This document shows, piece by piece, positions 1-10,957 of a stretch of DNA of 64,000 nucleotides; position 1 is the first letter of the stretch, and every line of letters starts with the position of its first letter. The position numbers and the translations under genes are program-made. The DNA is from Myxococcota bacterium (lineage in GTDB: Bacteria; Myxococcota_A; Bradymonadia; UBA4248; JAVFAO01): contig JAVFAO010000001.1 in the NCBI GenBank assembly GCA_034002465.1, positions 1,086 through 65,085 on the forward strand, given 5' to 3'. The notes under the pieces were generated by a model that worked only from the letters and a program-made list of their open reading frames with translations, was not told the origin of the DNA and did not search any database.

Positions 1-794
1 GCAAAGACGGGTTGTGAGAAGAAGCTGCGGGCCTGGATGTAGACCTCGTAGTCGAGCTTGTTGGAGAGGTAGCGCCGGATGTTGAAGCCAGTGATGGCGA
101 TGTTGCCCGTTTCTTCGCCCACCTTGAAATGCTCGAAGTGGATGTCGGGGCGGATGAGCTTCTCGGGTAACGCGAAGTCTTGGCCGAAGGCGCCATCGGA
201 GATGAAGTAGAGGGTGGGGTCGCGCCGCTCACTGAGGGTATCGACGGCAGTGCGCAGGCCATCGATGATTCTAGCTTCTGTCGCTGAAGGGCGGAGTTGC
301 TGCAGGGCATCGTTGAGCACCGCGACGTTGTCGGTGAAGTCACCTGTGAGGCTGCGGATTTGGCCGTCGACGGCCATGAGCATCATTTTGTCGTGGGGGC
401 CGAGCGTATCGATGAGCTCATCGACTTTTCGTTTGGCGAGGCCGAAGCGGCTCATACCTTTTTCGGAGGGTTCTTTGGCGTCCATGGAGGCGCTGGTGTC
501 GATGAGCACGAGGATGTTGCGACCGCGCTCGAGCTCTTTTTCAGGGCGAGGGTCGAGCAGCGCGATGATGAGCAGCAACATGATGCCGATCCAGAGCAAC
601 AAGCTGAGGAGGCGCTTGAGGCGCTGGATCCAGTTGCTTGCGTTCTTGTCGACGAGCACCCGAGCCCACAGCGGCGTGAAGGGCACGGTAATGCGGCGGC
701 GCCTGAGCTTGAGAAGGTAGAGGATCGCGAGGGCGCCTGCCAACGCTCCTGCGAGCGGCAGTGCCTCGCTCAGGAGTATTCCATTGAGATTCAT
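1..794 (-). CDS. VWA-domain membrane protein, BatA-like (3' end runs off the window)
   Basis: Reverse-strand translation starts MNLNGILLSEALPLAGALAGALAILYLLKLRRRR (N-terminal TM helix) and contains the VWA MIDAS motif LIDTSASM. It is the last gene of a MoxR-DUF58-VWA arrangement on the minus strand. Confidence 0.8.
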   Translation of the reverse strand, partial: MNLNGILLSEALPLAGALAGALAILYLLKLRRRRITVPFTPLWARVLVDKNASNWIQRLKRLLSLLLWIGIMLLLIIALLDPRPEKELERGRNILVLIDTSASMDAKEPSEKGMSRFGLAKRKVDELIDTLGPHDKMMLMAVDGQIRSLTGDFTDNVAVLNDALQQLRPSATEARIIDGLRTAVDTLSERRDPTLYFISDGAFGQDFALPEKLIRPDIHFEHFKVGEETGNIAITGFNIRRYLSNKLDYEVYIQARSFFSQPVF

Positions 795-867
795 CGGGCG
801 TTCACCGAGCGGGTGTGACGGTCAGCCAACGAGGCGATGCGACGAGTTTCGGGGTGCAGCGTAGGCG

Positions 868-1776
868 TCACTTGAGGAAGCCTCCGGCGCGGAAGACCCG
901 CAGGATGAGCTCCTCGAAGGGGAGCTGGATGGGGGTTCGGAAGTAGAGGAGCTGGCGTTTGACGCAGTATTCCTCGAGTTCCTCGCAGAACTCGCGGTGG
1001 GCGCGTCGGTAGCGTTCGAGCAGCGCCGGAGTGACGGTGATCGAGCGGCGCTCGCCGGTTTCGCAGTCCACCAGCTCGAGATCGCCGCGCAGGTTGGGCT
1101 CGAGCTCGTACTCGTCGTAGACATGCACCAGGTAGGTGTCGAACTGCTGATAGCGCAGCATGTTGAGGCACTCTTCGTAGCCGCGTGGATCGTAGAAGTC
1201 AGAGACCACCACGGCGATGCCGCGGCGTTTGTTCTGGGCGACGAAGCTCTTGAAGGCGTCCACCATCAGCGTCTGCTGCCCCTCCTCGGCCTTCTCCAAG
1301 AAGTCGAAGACCTTGAAGATTTGCGCCTTTCCGCGGCTGGGCGGCAGGCGTCCAACGAGGCGAGCGTTGAAGGGGATGATGCTGACTCGGTCCATGTTGG
1401 AGAGACCGATGTACGAGAGGGCGGCGACCACGCGCTTGGCGTAGTCGAGCTTGGGTGGTGAGCCAAGCAGCATGCTCGCGCTCGTGTCGAGCAAGAAGTA
1501 GATGTAGAGGTCTTCCTCTTCCTCGAAGAGGCGAACGAGGAGCTTCTCGGTGCGGGAATAGACGTTCCAGTCGAGGTATCGAAAGTCGTCGCCAGGAGAG
1601 TAGTTGCGGTGATCGGCAAATTCGATACCGCTCGCGACCTTACGGGTCTTGCGCTCGGCGCGCAGCTTGCCCGCGAAGACCTTCTTGGAGACGATATACA
1701 AGTATTCGATTTTCTTTAGGAACGCGTCGTCGAAGAGTTTGCTGCCTCGCGCCGCGGTGGCCTTGATCTTTGCCAT
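868..1776 (-). CDS. DUF58 family protein (MoxR-associated)
   Basis: 302-aa ORF with the DUF58 signature region FADHRNYSPGDDFRYLDW, immediately downstream of the MoxR ATPase gene. Confidence 0.85.
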   Translation of the reverse strand: MAKIKATAARGSKLFDDAFLKKIEYLYIVSKKVFAGKLRAERKTRKVASGIEFADHRNYSPGDDFRYLDWNVYSRTEKLLVRLFEEEEDLYIYFLLDTSASMLLGSPPKLDYAKRVVAALSYIGLSNMDRVSIIPFNARLVGRLPPSRGKAQIFKVFDFLEKAEEGQQTLMVDAFKSFVAQNKRRGIAVVVSDFYDPRGYEECLNMLRYQQFDTYLVHVYDEYELEPNLRGDLELVDCETGERRSITVTPALLERYRRAHREFCEELEEYCVKRQLLYFRTPIQLPFEELILRVFRAGGFLK

Positions 1777-1807
1777 CTCGTCTTCTCACTCGTGGCGTAG
1801 CTGCGAC

Positions 1808-2935
<1,128 letters not shown>

Positions 2936-3061
2936 GTTCTCTCCAATGCGATCGGTTGCTCTGCGTCGAGGCCGTGTGGTCCACGTCGCGGGTGGGACTT
3001 AGTGTACGACGTTTGCGCAGGGGAAGTCGAGCCAACGCGTGTCGAAGGGGCGATGTCCGAC

Positions 3062-5254
3062 TCAGCGGTCCTGCGGTCGAATGAAGTCAAAGTAGCGCTC
3101 GACATAGTGGCGATAGCCAGGTGGCACCTTCTCCTGCTCGAGCACGGCTTCGACGGCTTTCTCATAGTCCTCATAGACTTCGCGGTAATCACGGGACGCG
3201 AAGCCCTGCTGGCTCGACTTCTTGACGGTCTCGGAGCGGGACGGACCGGCACCCTTCTCCCCTTTGACCTTGGTGTCTTCGCGCTGACCGGCGAGGTCGG
3301 CGGTGGGGTCGCCCATGCCATCGGCGGTTCCCTTTCCGGCTTGGTTTCCGCCCTTTTCTTTGCCCTCGCCTTCGCCCTCGCCTTTCTGGGTGCCTTTCTG
3401 GCCGCCCTTCTCACCAGGCTTGTCACCCTTCTGGCCGTCCTGGGGGTCGCCCGCCTTGCCTTGTTGACCCTTGGCTCGCTTGAGGTAGTCGTCGATGCGA
3501 TTGCTGCGTTCGTCCTGCGTGCCCTCCTCGCCCTTCTTCTTTTGGGAGCCTTGGCTGCGTTGGGCGTCCTCTTTGAGTCGCTCGCTGGCCTCCTGAAGAT
3601 CCTCCTCAGCCTGCTCACCTTGCTGATCTTGCTTGAGCTTGCGCAGCTCATCGGCGGCCCGCTCGAGTTCGGGCTTCTGACCGTCTTCCCCCTGTTCTCC
3701 CTTCTCGCCTTGCTCTCCTTTCTCCCCCTGTTCGCCCGGCTTGCCTTTCTTCTTTTCGGAGGCTTGCTTGCGAATCTCGTCCGCGGCGCCCTTGGTCTGC
3801 TTGGTGAGCCGCTCGAGACGCCGCTTTTCTTCACCGCGCTCGTTTTTTTGTGCCTCACGCTGCAGCCGCTCGAGCTGCTTCTTCGCGTCTTGGAGCTGCT
3901 TTTGCTCCTTGTTGCTGAGCGAACCCGATTTCTCCATCTTCTTTTCCAGCTTGCTCGCCAAGTCCTTGTACTTGTTTATTTCCTTTTGCAGCGCTGGATC
4001 GTTGAGGTCGAGTGCTTTAGCAAAGTTCTCGAGGGTCTTGGCGAGGGAGTCGAGTTTCTTCGCGTCCAGTTCGCCGCTCTGCACTTGTTTGGATAGCTCT
4101 TCGAGGGCTTCTGCAGCAGCTTCTGCATCGTTCTTCTTGAGCGCGTCGGCGAGGTCTTTGGTGAGCTCGTTCTTGTCCAGCTCCGAAGCTGCTTTGCGCA
4201 GGTCCTGGCTGACCTTTTCGAGCTCCTCGGCAGTGCACAGCAATCGCTCCTCCATGACCCTGTCGAGTTGGACGAAGAAGGTGTCAAAGGCCAAACCGTC
4301 GGACCAGGCCTTCTCATTGGCAATGGCGTCGGCGAGGATGTCGAGCTGATCTGCTGCTTCACTAAAGTGCCCACTCTGGATTCGCTCGACCATCGGAGCC
4401 ACGAAAGCTTGGTCCTTGAACCGAGGGCTGAGCGGCGCGAGGTCGGCCAGTAGGGCGTCGAGATCAACCGCCTTGCAGTTGGACTTCAGGCGCTGGCTGA
4501 TGGCAGCGAGGCGCTCGTTGAACTCCTCTGGGCTGAGCTCTCCTTTCTGGTCTTGTTCGAGCAGCTCTCGCAGCTCCTCCGCGGCCTCCCTGGCTTCATC
4601 ATTGCCTGCTGCTTCGGCGTCGCGGAGCAGCTCCTCGATCTGGTCTTGGCGGAAGAGGGCGATACCGGGGTCGAGGTTGGTGCGCACCAGCTCGTCCTCG
4701 TTGACGACCCGATGCTCACGGGCAGGGGGGAGCTTGGCTTCGCCCTTTGGGGGCTCAGGGAACTGGATGGCCCAGACGAGCAGCGCGGCGGCGGCAAAGA
4801 CAGCCACGGCACCCAGGTCCTTCGGGCGACGGAATTGATGGGCCTTGCGCGGATCGACCTGCTCGATGCGGCGCATGGTGTCTGCGATTTGAGCCTGCAT
4901 GAAGGCGCTGCGCTCGGGCTCCTGGCAGAACTGGTAGGCGCTGGAGATGCGGTCGTCGAAATCGTTGGACTGATCAATGGCTGCGGCGATACGCACTGGG
5001 TCGAGGCGGCGAAGGAATGCCCAAATGATGGCAGCGATGGGAGCGATGGCGGTGCTTCCAAGCGCCACACCGAGCTGCGCATCCTCGACTTGTCCCGATT
5101 TGTGCAGCGCCAAGACCACGGCGACGCCAAAGAGGCCCACCGCCACGCCCAAGCTCAACCCGTCGAGAAGGTATTGGGCTCGGATACGGCGTCGCGCACG
5201 GCCAATGAGACGCTCGATGCGTTGCAGTTCCGACATGAGATGCTCCCGATGCAA
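3062..5254 (-). CDS. DUF4175-like membrane-anchored coiled-coil/low-complexity protein
   Basis: 730 aa. Two N-terminal hydrophobic helices, a long charged coiled-coil region with KGEQGE-type low complexity, and the C-terminal motif VPPGYRHYVERYFDFI. It lies directly upstream of the MoxR gene. Confidence 0.6.
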   Translation of the reverse strand: MHREHLMSELQRIERLIGRARRRIRAQYLLDGLSLGVAVGLFGVAVVLALHKSGQVEDAQLGVALGSTAIAPIAAIIWAFLRRLDPVRIAAAIDQSNDFDDRISSAYQFCQEPERSAFMQAQIADTMRRIEQVDPRKAHQFRRPKDLGAVAVFAAAALLVWAIQFPEPPKGEAKLPPAREHRVVNEDELVRTNLDPGIALFRQDQIEELLRDAEAAGNDEAREAAEELRELLEQDQKGELSPEEFNERLAAISQRLKSNCKAVDLDALLADLAPLSPRFKDQAFVAPMVERIQSGHFSEAADQLDILADAIANEKAWSDGLAFDTFFVQLDRVMEERLLCTAEELEKVSQDLRKAASELDKNELTKDLADALKKNDAEAAAEALEELSKQVQSGELDAKKLDSLAKTLENFAKALDLNDPALQKEINKYKDLASKLEKKMEKSGSLSNKEQKQLQDAKKQLERLQREAQKNERGEEKRRLERLTKQTKGAADEIRKQASEKKKGKPGEQGEKGEQGEKGEQGEDGQKPELERAADELRKLKQDQQGEQAEEDLQEASERLKEDAQRSQGSQKKKGEEGTQDERSNRIDDYLKRAKGQQGKAGDPQDGQKGDKPGEKGGQKGTQKGEGEGEGKEKGGNQAGKGTADGMGDPTADLAGQREDTKVKGEKGAGPSRSETVKKSSQQGFASRDYREVYEDYEKAVEAVLEQEKVPPGYRHYVERYFDFIRPQDR

Positions 5255-5502
5255 AGACCGCGCAGGCTGCGGTCAATGATACACTATACTCGGTTCGCGC
5301 CGAGGGTACGAGCTTGACGCAGGCGGCGCCGCCTCCCGCCATCCGCGAGCAGGAAACGCTCAGCTTCGACGCAGCATACAGAAAAAAGTTCTGCTGCCCG
5401 TCGTGCGCTGGGCAATAGGTGAGCAAGCCACAGGCAAGCCGAACTATTCCAAGCTCGTCGCCGAGAAGCTGTGCGACTCACTTGCGCTGAAGGTCGCTGC
5501 GA

Positions 5503-8500
5503 TCATTCGGGCATGGGGAGCTCAGTGAGCACGGGTTCTTCGAACGCTTCTTCCGTTTCTTCGAAGAAAGCACAACTGGGTGCTGCGTTGCTGTCCAAGC
5601 GCTGCCCGCGCTCATCGTAGAGCTCGGGTCGGTAGGGCGGCTCGAATTCGGCGGGACGGTAGAACTGCAGGGGCTCGCTCTGCAGCGCTTCGAGGGTGCT
5701 TGGCGAGGGGCAACAATACTGGAACGGCGCAGCCCGGCCCTGCTTCTCATACTTGCGCTGCAGCTTGGCGAGGCGCTCTGGGTCACACTTGCGGCGGTAC
5801 ATCTCTCGAATGTACCAAGACATCAGCTTGTCGAGGCGAGGGCTCAGCTCCCCTCTGAGGCGATGTCCTTCTCCGTTTCGTGGGTTCGGGATGATGGCGA
5901 CCAGGAAGGCCACCTCTCGCAGGCTCAAGTCTGCGGGTTGCTTGCCGAAGTAGTAGCGGGCAGCTTCGCGGATGCCGTAGATTTCGGGTCCGAACTCGAT
6001 GACGTTGAAGTAAATTTCGAGAATACGCTTTTTGGGGACCTTGACGACGCTCTCCATCAACCAGGTCAAGAAGAACTCTTGGAGCTTGCGGGCGATGGTT
6101 TTTTGCCGTCCCAGGAAGACATTCTTGACGAGTTGCATGCTGATGGTCGAGGCGCCTCGCTTGAACTCTCCCTTGTCGACGTTACTGGCGAGGGCTTCTT
6201 TGAGCTGGAAGGTGCTGAAGCCTTGGTGAGAGAAGAAGCTGCCGTCCTCGGTGGTGGTGATCATTTGTACCATCCAAGGGCTTAGGTCGGAATACAGCGT
6301 CCAATGCTCGTAGTGTTCGCGGATTTGGGCATCGTCGTGGCTTGGCACAAAGCTGACGCCGTCGTCGGAGGGGTGGCTCGAGGGGGGGATTACGATGCGG
6401 TGCTCGTGCAATGCCTTCGGATCGCGGACTCGCATGCTCATCCCGGTGTTCAGGGCGCTCACGTCGCAGTCGGCGGGCCAGTCCTCGACGTTGAAGTCTT
6501 GGAGCTGAACCTGAGTGTCGAGCTGCATGTCGGAGAGCGCGTTGAGCGCTCCTGCGGCGGTCAGCTCAAAACCCCATTCGCCGCCGAGGCGCATACCCGT
6601 GAGCGCGGGTCGCATGGCATAGGGGAGCGCTTCGAAGAGGCGCTGCGCAGGCTGTGGTGGGATGGAAAGGGATAAGTTGAAAGCGCTTTCGTCGCTGGTC
6701 TTCAGGCCAAAGGAGGGGTCGAGCTGTGCGACGATGGGCTGGATATCGAACGCCATTTGCAGCTCCGCTTCGTCGAGTCCAAGCTTGAAGCGCTTGAGCT
6801 GCAGGCTTTCTCGTTTGTGGTCATAGGTGCTTTCGAAATCGAGGTCGAGGTCGAGAGCGTCGATGGGCATGCTGCTCAGGCTAGGTGCGAGGATCTCGAG
6901 CTGGTTGAGTGCGAGTCGTCCGCCGACGCGGTAGCGCTGCTTCTCGAACTCCAAGCGGAACTTCAGCTTGGAGTCGATGGACGCGTCATCGAGCTTGACT
7001 GAGGAGAGCAGTAGAGCGAGCGCCAAGTCGGCGTAGGAGCTGCTTTGGTCTGCGTGGGAGAGCGCCTGAAGGTTGGCCTCGAGGTGGCGGTAGATGGGCC
7101 TCAGCAGCAGCTCTTCGAGCTCGACGACGATGTCGATGCGGTTGTAGAGCATCGAGTAGGTGGCGCTGGTGTAGAAGCGGCCCCCGGCACCTCCGTTGAC
7201 GTCGAAGGATAGTTCACCCTCGACGCGCTTCCGGATGCCGCGGTAGCCGAAGCCGAAGTCGAGCTTGTCGAGTCGCAGCAGGCCGACGCCATTGGGGCGG
7301 CGGTCGTCGATGAGCAGGTCGGCGTCGGTCAGGTAGAGGCGTTGGGTGACGAAGTAGTCTCGCACCCCCTTGGGCTTCACCTTTTTGGGTGGTAAGCCTG
7401 CTCCTGCGCGGGCTCCACTCTCGAGTTTGTTCCCGACCCGTGAGGCCAGGGCTTGGAACGGCGTCTTCTTGCCGCTGAGCTTATCAATGATGTCGGCGAT
7501 GGCCAACTCGCCGTCATCCTGGATGACGAGCTTGGCGCGCAGCCCGTAGAGCTCGGTTTCCTTGACGTAGACGCCGCCCTTTTTCTTAGGGGGGATGGCG
7601 GTGAGCAGGGCGCGTCCACGGTCGAGGGTGAGGACGGCGTCATCGAAGCCGTGCTCACCTGCGATCCAGAGATCCTCGACGAGCACTGTGGTCGGCAGTT
7701 CGAGCTGCACCACCCCAACCCGCACGGCGCGCCCCAAGGCCTGCTCGGCAAAGGGCAGCACCAGCCCTCCATCGAAGCTGAGTCGCAGGGTCCCGTCGCT
7801 CTTGCTCTTGATGCCCCCGGTGACGCTGAGGGCTTGGCTAAACTGTTGACCACTCACGACATAGGTCGCGACAGCGTGGGCATCGAATTCGACCCGACTT
7901 TGTAGGTCGGGCTGGTGTAGCTGCAGGCGGATCTGTTTCAGGGATTCGAAGCGATGCTGTGTGTTTGCTGCGGCGTTGGCGTCGAAGTCAGGGCTCTGGA
8001 GGCTAATGCTGGCATTTCGAAGCTCGACGGGGGGCAGCGGTTTGAAATAGCGGGCATAGGGCGAGGGCTTCTTAGGTTTCCCGCTGGGCGTTTTCTTCTC
8101 GAAGATCTTCTCGAATTTCTCTTGCAAGTCTGCGTAATTGGTGCTTCCGTCAGGGTTCTGCCGTAGCTCTATTTGCAGCCCATCCACCAGGATCGAACTG
8201 AGCTGAAAATCCATCCCAAAGAGTGGGCTGTGGCTCAGGTCGACGCGCAGGGTGTCGCAGCGGGCGAAGACCGTGTCTCCTTGCTTGTCGTAGAGCACCA
8301 CATCATGCAGGCTCAACCCAGAGATGCCGTGCAACTCGAGGGAGCCGAAGTCCATGCGGCGCCCGAGCTCTTTTTCGATTCGGGGCAATTCGTTGCGCAG
8401 CAGGTGTGCCCCGATGAAAGGGGCTGAGAGGTAGGCAAAAAAGAGCAGCGAGACCAGCAGTAGGGCGCTGATGCCGAGCACCTTCTTGAGTCGCCCCCTG

Positions 8501-9207
8501 CGCCGCGGCTTGGGTTGCGCCTTGGCTTTGGGAGGTGCTGGCAGGAAGACGGGAGAGTCCGGCAGTTTGTTGTCGATTGGGCTCTTCTCCTGTTCCCCCA
8601 AGTTTTGGTCGATTGGGCGCTTGGCCTGTTCCCCCAAGTTTTGGTCGATTGGGCTCTTCTCCTGTTCCCCCAAGTTTTGGTCGATTGGGCGCTTGGCCTG
8701 TTCCCCCAAGGTGGTGGCGGGGGTGACTGGGCTGCTTGGGGCTTCGTCAGCAGGAGAAGCCATCACGTCGGGGGGCTCAGGTGGGGATGCTAGCGCCTGC
8801 TCTGCGGTCTCCTCGAGAGCCGTCTCAACGAAAGGTGCCTCAGCGAAGCCTTCCTGTCGATCGGGCGCTTGGCCTGTTTCCCCAACTTTCTTGTTGAATG
8901 GGCGCTCGGCCTGTTGTCCCAACTTGTTGGGCTTCTCGTCTGCTTTGGGCATCGGGTGCAGCCGTGCACTTCCTGAGGCGCTCGCCAGCTTTTCATCGTC
9001 CGCCTGAAGTGCTGGGTCATCGACGATGGTGTCGAGGTCGTCGTGTTCGCTCCTGTCGGACATGGGCGCTCCGCGCTGTCGAGATGGACGATGGGGTCGG
9101 GGCTGAGCGTTGCGGGCTTTGGCGAGTATCGAGGGCTTGCCGCTGCGACGCTTCCGGATGCCGAGCTGCACCAAGAAGCCGGCGAACCATGATGCTTTGT
9201 GTACCAC
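5503..9207 (-). CDS. AsmA-like periplasmic domain fused to a GT51 peptidoglycan transglycosylase domain; cytoplasmic tail carries in-frame 36-bp repeats
   Basis: 1234 aa. C-terminal GT51 motifs EDGSFFSHQGFS, GASTISMQLVKN, EIYFNVIEFGPEIYGIREAARYYFGK and IIPNP. The central region is AsmA-like (ELPRIEKEL...GISGLSLHDVVLYD). There is one TM segment. The N-terminal tail has (LGEQ[AE]K[RS]PIDQN)n encoded by the repeat family. An alternative start is ATG at 9062. Confidence 0.8.
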   Translation of the reverse strand: MVHKASWFAGFLVQLGIRKRRSGKPSILAKARNAQPRPHRPSRQRGAPMSDRSEHDDLDTIVDDPALQADDEKLASASGSARLHPMPKADEKPNKLGQQAERPFNKKVGETGQAPDRQEGFAEAPFVETALEETAEQALASPPEPPDVMASPADEAPSSPVTPATTLGEQAKRPIDQNLGEQEKSPIDQNLGEQAKRPIDQNLGEQEKSPIDNKLPDSPVFLPAPPKAKAQPKPRRRGRLKKVLGISALLLVSLLFFAYLSAPFIGAHLLRNELPRIEKELGRRMDFGSLELHGISGLSLHDVVLYDKQGDTVFARCDTLRVDLSHSPLFGMDFQLSSILVDGLQIELRQNPDGSTNYADLQEKFEKIFEKKTPSGKPKKPSPYARYFKPLPPVELRNASISLQSPDFDANAAANTQHRFESLKQIRLQLHQPDLQSRVEFDAHAVATYVVSGQQFSQALSVTGGIKSKSDGTLRLSFDGGLVLPFAEQALGRAVRVGVVQLELPTTVLVEDLWIAGEHGFDDAVLTLDRGRALLTAIPPKKKGGVYVKETELYGLRAKLVIQDDGELAIADIIDKLSGKKTPFQALASRVGNKLESGARAGAGLPPKKVKPKGVRDYFVTQRLYLTDADLLIDDRRPNGVGLLRLDKLDFGFGYRGIRKRVEGELSFDVNGGAGGRFYTSATYSMLYNRIDIVVELEELLLRPIYRHLEANLQALSHADQSSSYADLALALLLSSVKLDDASIDSKLKFRLEFEKQRYRVGGRLALNQLEILAPSLSSMPIDALDLDLDFESTYDHKRESLQLKRFKLGLDEAELQMAFDIQPIVAQLDPSFGLKTSDESAFNLSLSIPPQPAQRLFEALPYAMRPALTGMRLGGEWGFELTAAGALNALSDMQLDTQVQLQDFNVEDWPADCDVSALNTGMSMRVRDPKALHEHRIVIPPSSHPSDDGVSFVPSHDDAQIREHYEHWTLYSDLSPWMVQMITTTEDGSFFSHQGFSTFQLKEALASNVDKGEFKRGASTISMQLVKNVFLGRQKTIARKLQEFFLTWLMESVVKVPKKRILEIYFNVIEFGPEIYGIREAARYYFGKQPADLSLREVAFLVAIIPNPRNGEGHRLRGELSPRLDKLMSWYIREMYRRKCDPERLAKLQRKYEKQGRAAPFQYCCPSPSTLEALQSEPLQFYRPAEFEPPYRPELYDERGQRLDSNAAPSCAFFEETEEAFEEPVLTELPMPE
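8566..8712 (-). repeat. 36-bp tandem repeat array, 4 units (family 1), inside the transglycosylase CDS
   Basis: Units TTGTCGATTGGGC[GT]CTT[GC][GT]CCTGTTCCCCCAAGTTT, period 36. The units alternate between two variants (ggcgcttggcc and ggctcttctcc). Confidence 0.9.
8854..8927 (-). repeat. Two degenerate family-1 units
   Basis: ctgtcgatcgggcgcttggcctgtttccccaac and ttgttgaatgggcgctcggcctgttgtcccaac; same orientation as the 8566 array. Confidence 0.7.
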
Positions 9208-9488
9208 ACTCGGCGCTTGTCAACCAAGCTGAGCGTGTGTGAACTTCGACAACGGCTCGTTTCGAGCAGTGCTTGGCGTCGGGAAGGGCGACGCCGAAGT
9301 GAGCCGAGCATTGAAGCTGCGGAATGGTCAATTGCGACAACGAGATCTGGCGCTGGGTGCAGTGAGTCTAGGGGCGATGGGCGAGATAGTGGCCGATTGG
9401 CGTAGAGGGGAGTAGAAGCGAGTCAGGGCCGCGATTGAGCTGCCGGATGGAGGACGCAATGGACAGCGCTGAGGGAACTTGGGCAGAA

Positions 9489-9562
9489 CATGGGGGAACA
9501 GGCCGAGCGCCCAATCGACAGGAACTCGGGGGACCAGGACAAGTGCCCAATCGACAAAGAAG
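9489..9562 (+). repeat. Family-1 repeat, 2 units, opposite orientation
   Basis: tgggggaacaggccgagcgcccaatcgacaggaac followed by tcgggggaccaggacaagtgcccaatcgacaaagaa. It lies in the divergent intergenic region between the transglycosylase and FGE genes. Confidence 0.85.
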
Positions 9563-9569
9563 TTTGGCG

Positions 9570-10673
9570 ATGGGCAGCAGCGCTCTGTTGAGCATTCTGG
9601 CGTTGCTATCACTGTTGGGTTGTACGCCTTCGACGCCTGCTCCGTCCCCAGCCTCACCTCAGACCGCGCGCGTTGAGAGTGTTCCAGAGGAAACACTGGC
9701 AGCTCAGGATGCTGAGCAGCCCGAGACGACTCCGATTGTGGCAGAAGCTGCCGATGTGCACGCTGAAGTGCCTCCGGAGGAGGTCGCGCCGCCGGAGCCG
9801 CCCGAGTTGATCGCGCCCACAGGCGAGCGCATCGTGGACTGCGAAGCTGCTCCCCAGGGGATGGCGTGTGTGCCCGGTGGGCCATTCATTCGCGGCATGG
9901 ACAATGACCCGCACGAGCATTGCGACCAACCGAGTTACAACAAGAAAGACCAGGTCAACACCAACCCTGCGGAAACAATCTGGATGCAGACCTACTACAT
10001 GGACCTCACCGAGGTGAGCACCGAGGCTTTTCAGGCCTGCATCAAGGCCAAGAAGTGTGAGAAGGCAGGGCCCAAGTACAACGATTTCAGTCGTCCGCTG
10101 CAGCCGGTGACGGGGATCAGCTGGTTCGATGCCTACAACTTCTGCAAAGCGCAGGGAAAGCACCTGCCGAGCGAGGCCGAGTGGGAGAAGGCCGCGCGTG
10201 GGCCCGATGGCGAGCTCTATCCGTGGGGAAACGAACCGGCTCCGAGCTGCGAGAACGCGGTGATCATGAACGAGAAAAAGGAGCGCTCCTGCGGTGTGCA
10301 GAAGAAGGGGGCGCATCCGGAAAAGGGGCGCGTGCTCGAGGTTTGCTCGCGTGAGCCTGGGCGCTACGGCTTGTGCGACATGGTGGGCAACGCGGAAGAG
10401 TGGGTCGCCGATTGGTACAGTGCGAACTACACGGCATGTGGAGAGGGGTGTCAGGGCTTCCATCCGCTCGGGCCGTGTGGTGGTGGCCCCGATGATTGCC
10501 AGGGGCACCGCTACAAGTTGGTGCGTGGTGGCTCTTGGTATTGGCCAGCCGAGCATGCGACCGGTATCCATCGCCGAAGCCATGTGGCCAGCAACGACCC
10601 TTATCACCACTTCGGTTTCCGCTGCGCTGCGAGCCCCGATGAGGCTGCCGCGCTGCGCCCTGCTGAGGAATAG
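9570..10673 (+). CDS. FGE-sulfatase (SUMF1/EgtB/PvdO-type) domain lipoprotein
   Basis: Lipobox LSLLGC after MGSSALLSILAL. Motifs GGPFIRGMDNDPHE, ISWFDAYNFCKAQGKHLPSEAEWEKAARG, GNAEEWVADWY, RGGSWY and FGFRCA. Confidence 0.85.
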   Translation: MGSSALLSILALLSLLGCTPSTPAPSPASPQTARVESVPEETLAAQDAEQPETTPIVAEAADVHAEVPPEEVAPPEPPELIAPTGERIVDCEAAPQGMACVPGGPFIRGMDNDPHEHCDQPSYNKKDQVNTNPAETIWMQTYYMDLTEVSTEAFQACIKAKKCEKAGPKYNDFSRPLQPVTGISWFDAYNFCKAQGKHLPSEAEWEKAARGPDGELYPWGNEPAPSCENAVIMNEKKERSCGVQKKGAHPEKGRVLEVCSREPGRYGLCDMVGNAEEWVADWYSANYTACGEGCQGFHPLGPCGGGPDDCQGHRYKLVRGGSWYWPAEHATGIHRRSHVASNDPYHHFGFRCAASPDEAAALRPAEE

Positions 10674-10700
10674 CGAGGCACAGCGTCCAAGCGCGGCTTC

Positions 10701-10805
10701 TTGTCGATTGGGCGCTTGGCCTGTTCCCCAGCTTCCTGTCGATTGGGCGCTTGGCCTGTTCCCCAGCTTCTTGTCGATTGGGCGCTTGGCCTGTTCCCCA
10801 GCTTC
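10701..10805 (-). repeat. Family-1 repeat array, 3 units (period 35)
   Basis: Three copies of ttgtcgattgggcgcttggcctgttccccagcttc, intergenic. Confidence 0.9.
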
Positions 10806-10957
10806 TTGTGCTCATCGTCCTCGTTGCTGGTGTCGAGCCGAGGAACGTGAGATGCTGAGGTCGGCTCGCCAGGGGCCGCGAGCACCTTCGAAGGCTCTCT
10901 TGGTTGAAGCTTGGTGTGCAGCTCAGCGCGTTCAACGAGAGCGTTCGCCCATCGATG

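Noticed and set aside
8566-8712. Possible CRISPR array, given the regular 36-bp direct repeats
   Set aside because: Units abut directly with no unique spacers. The same units occur singly and in both orientations across the window, inside ORFs, with no cas genes. This is a tandem repeat family, not CRISPR.
9654-10610. 318-aa minus-strand ORF antisense to the FGE-sulfatase gene
   Set aside because: Shadow ORF of a well-supported + strand gene. No motifs.
9570-10673. FGE-sulfatase/C-type-lectin-fold lipoprotein as a DGR variable protein
   Set aside because: There is no reverse transcriptase ORF (no YxDD-type motif) anywhere in the window, and no template repeat matching the gene 3' end. It looks like an ordinary SUMF1/EgtB-family lipoprotein.
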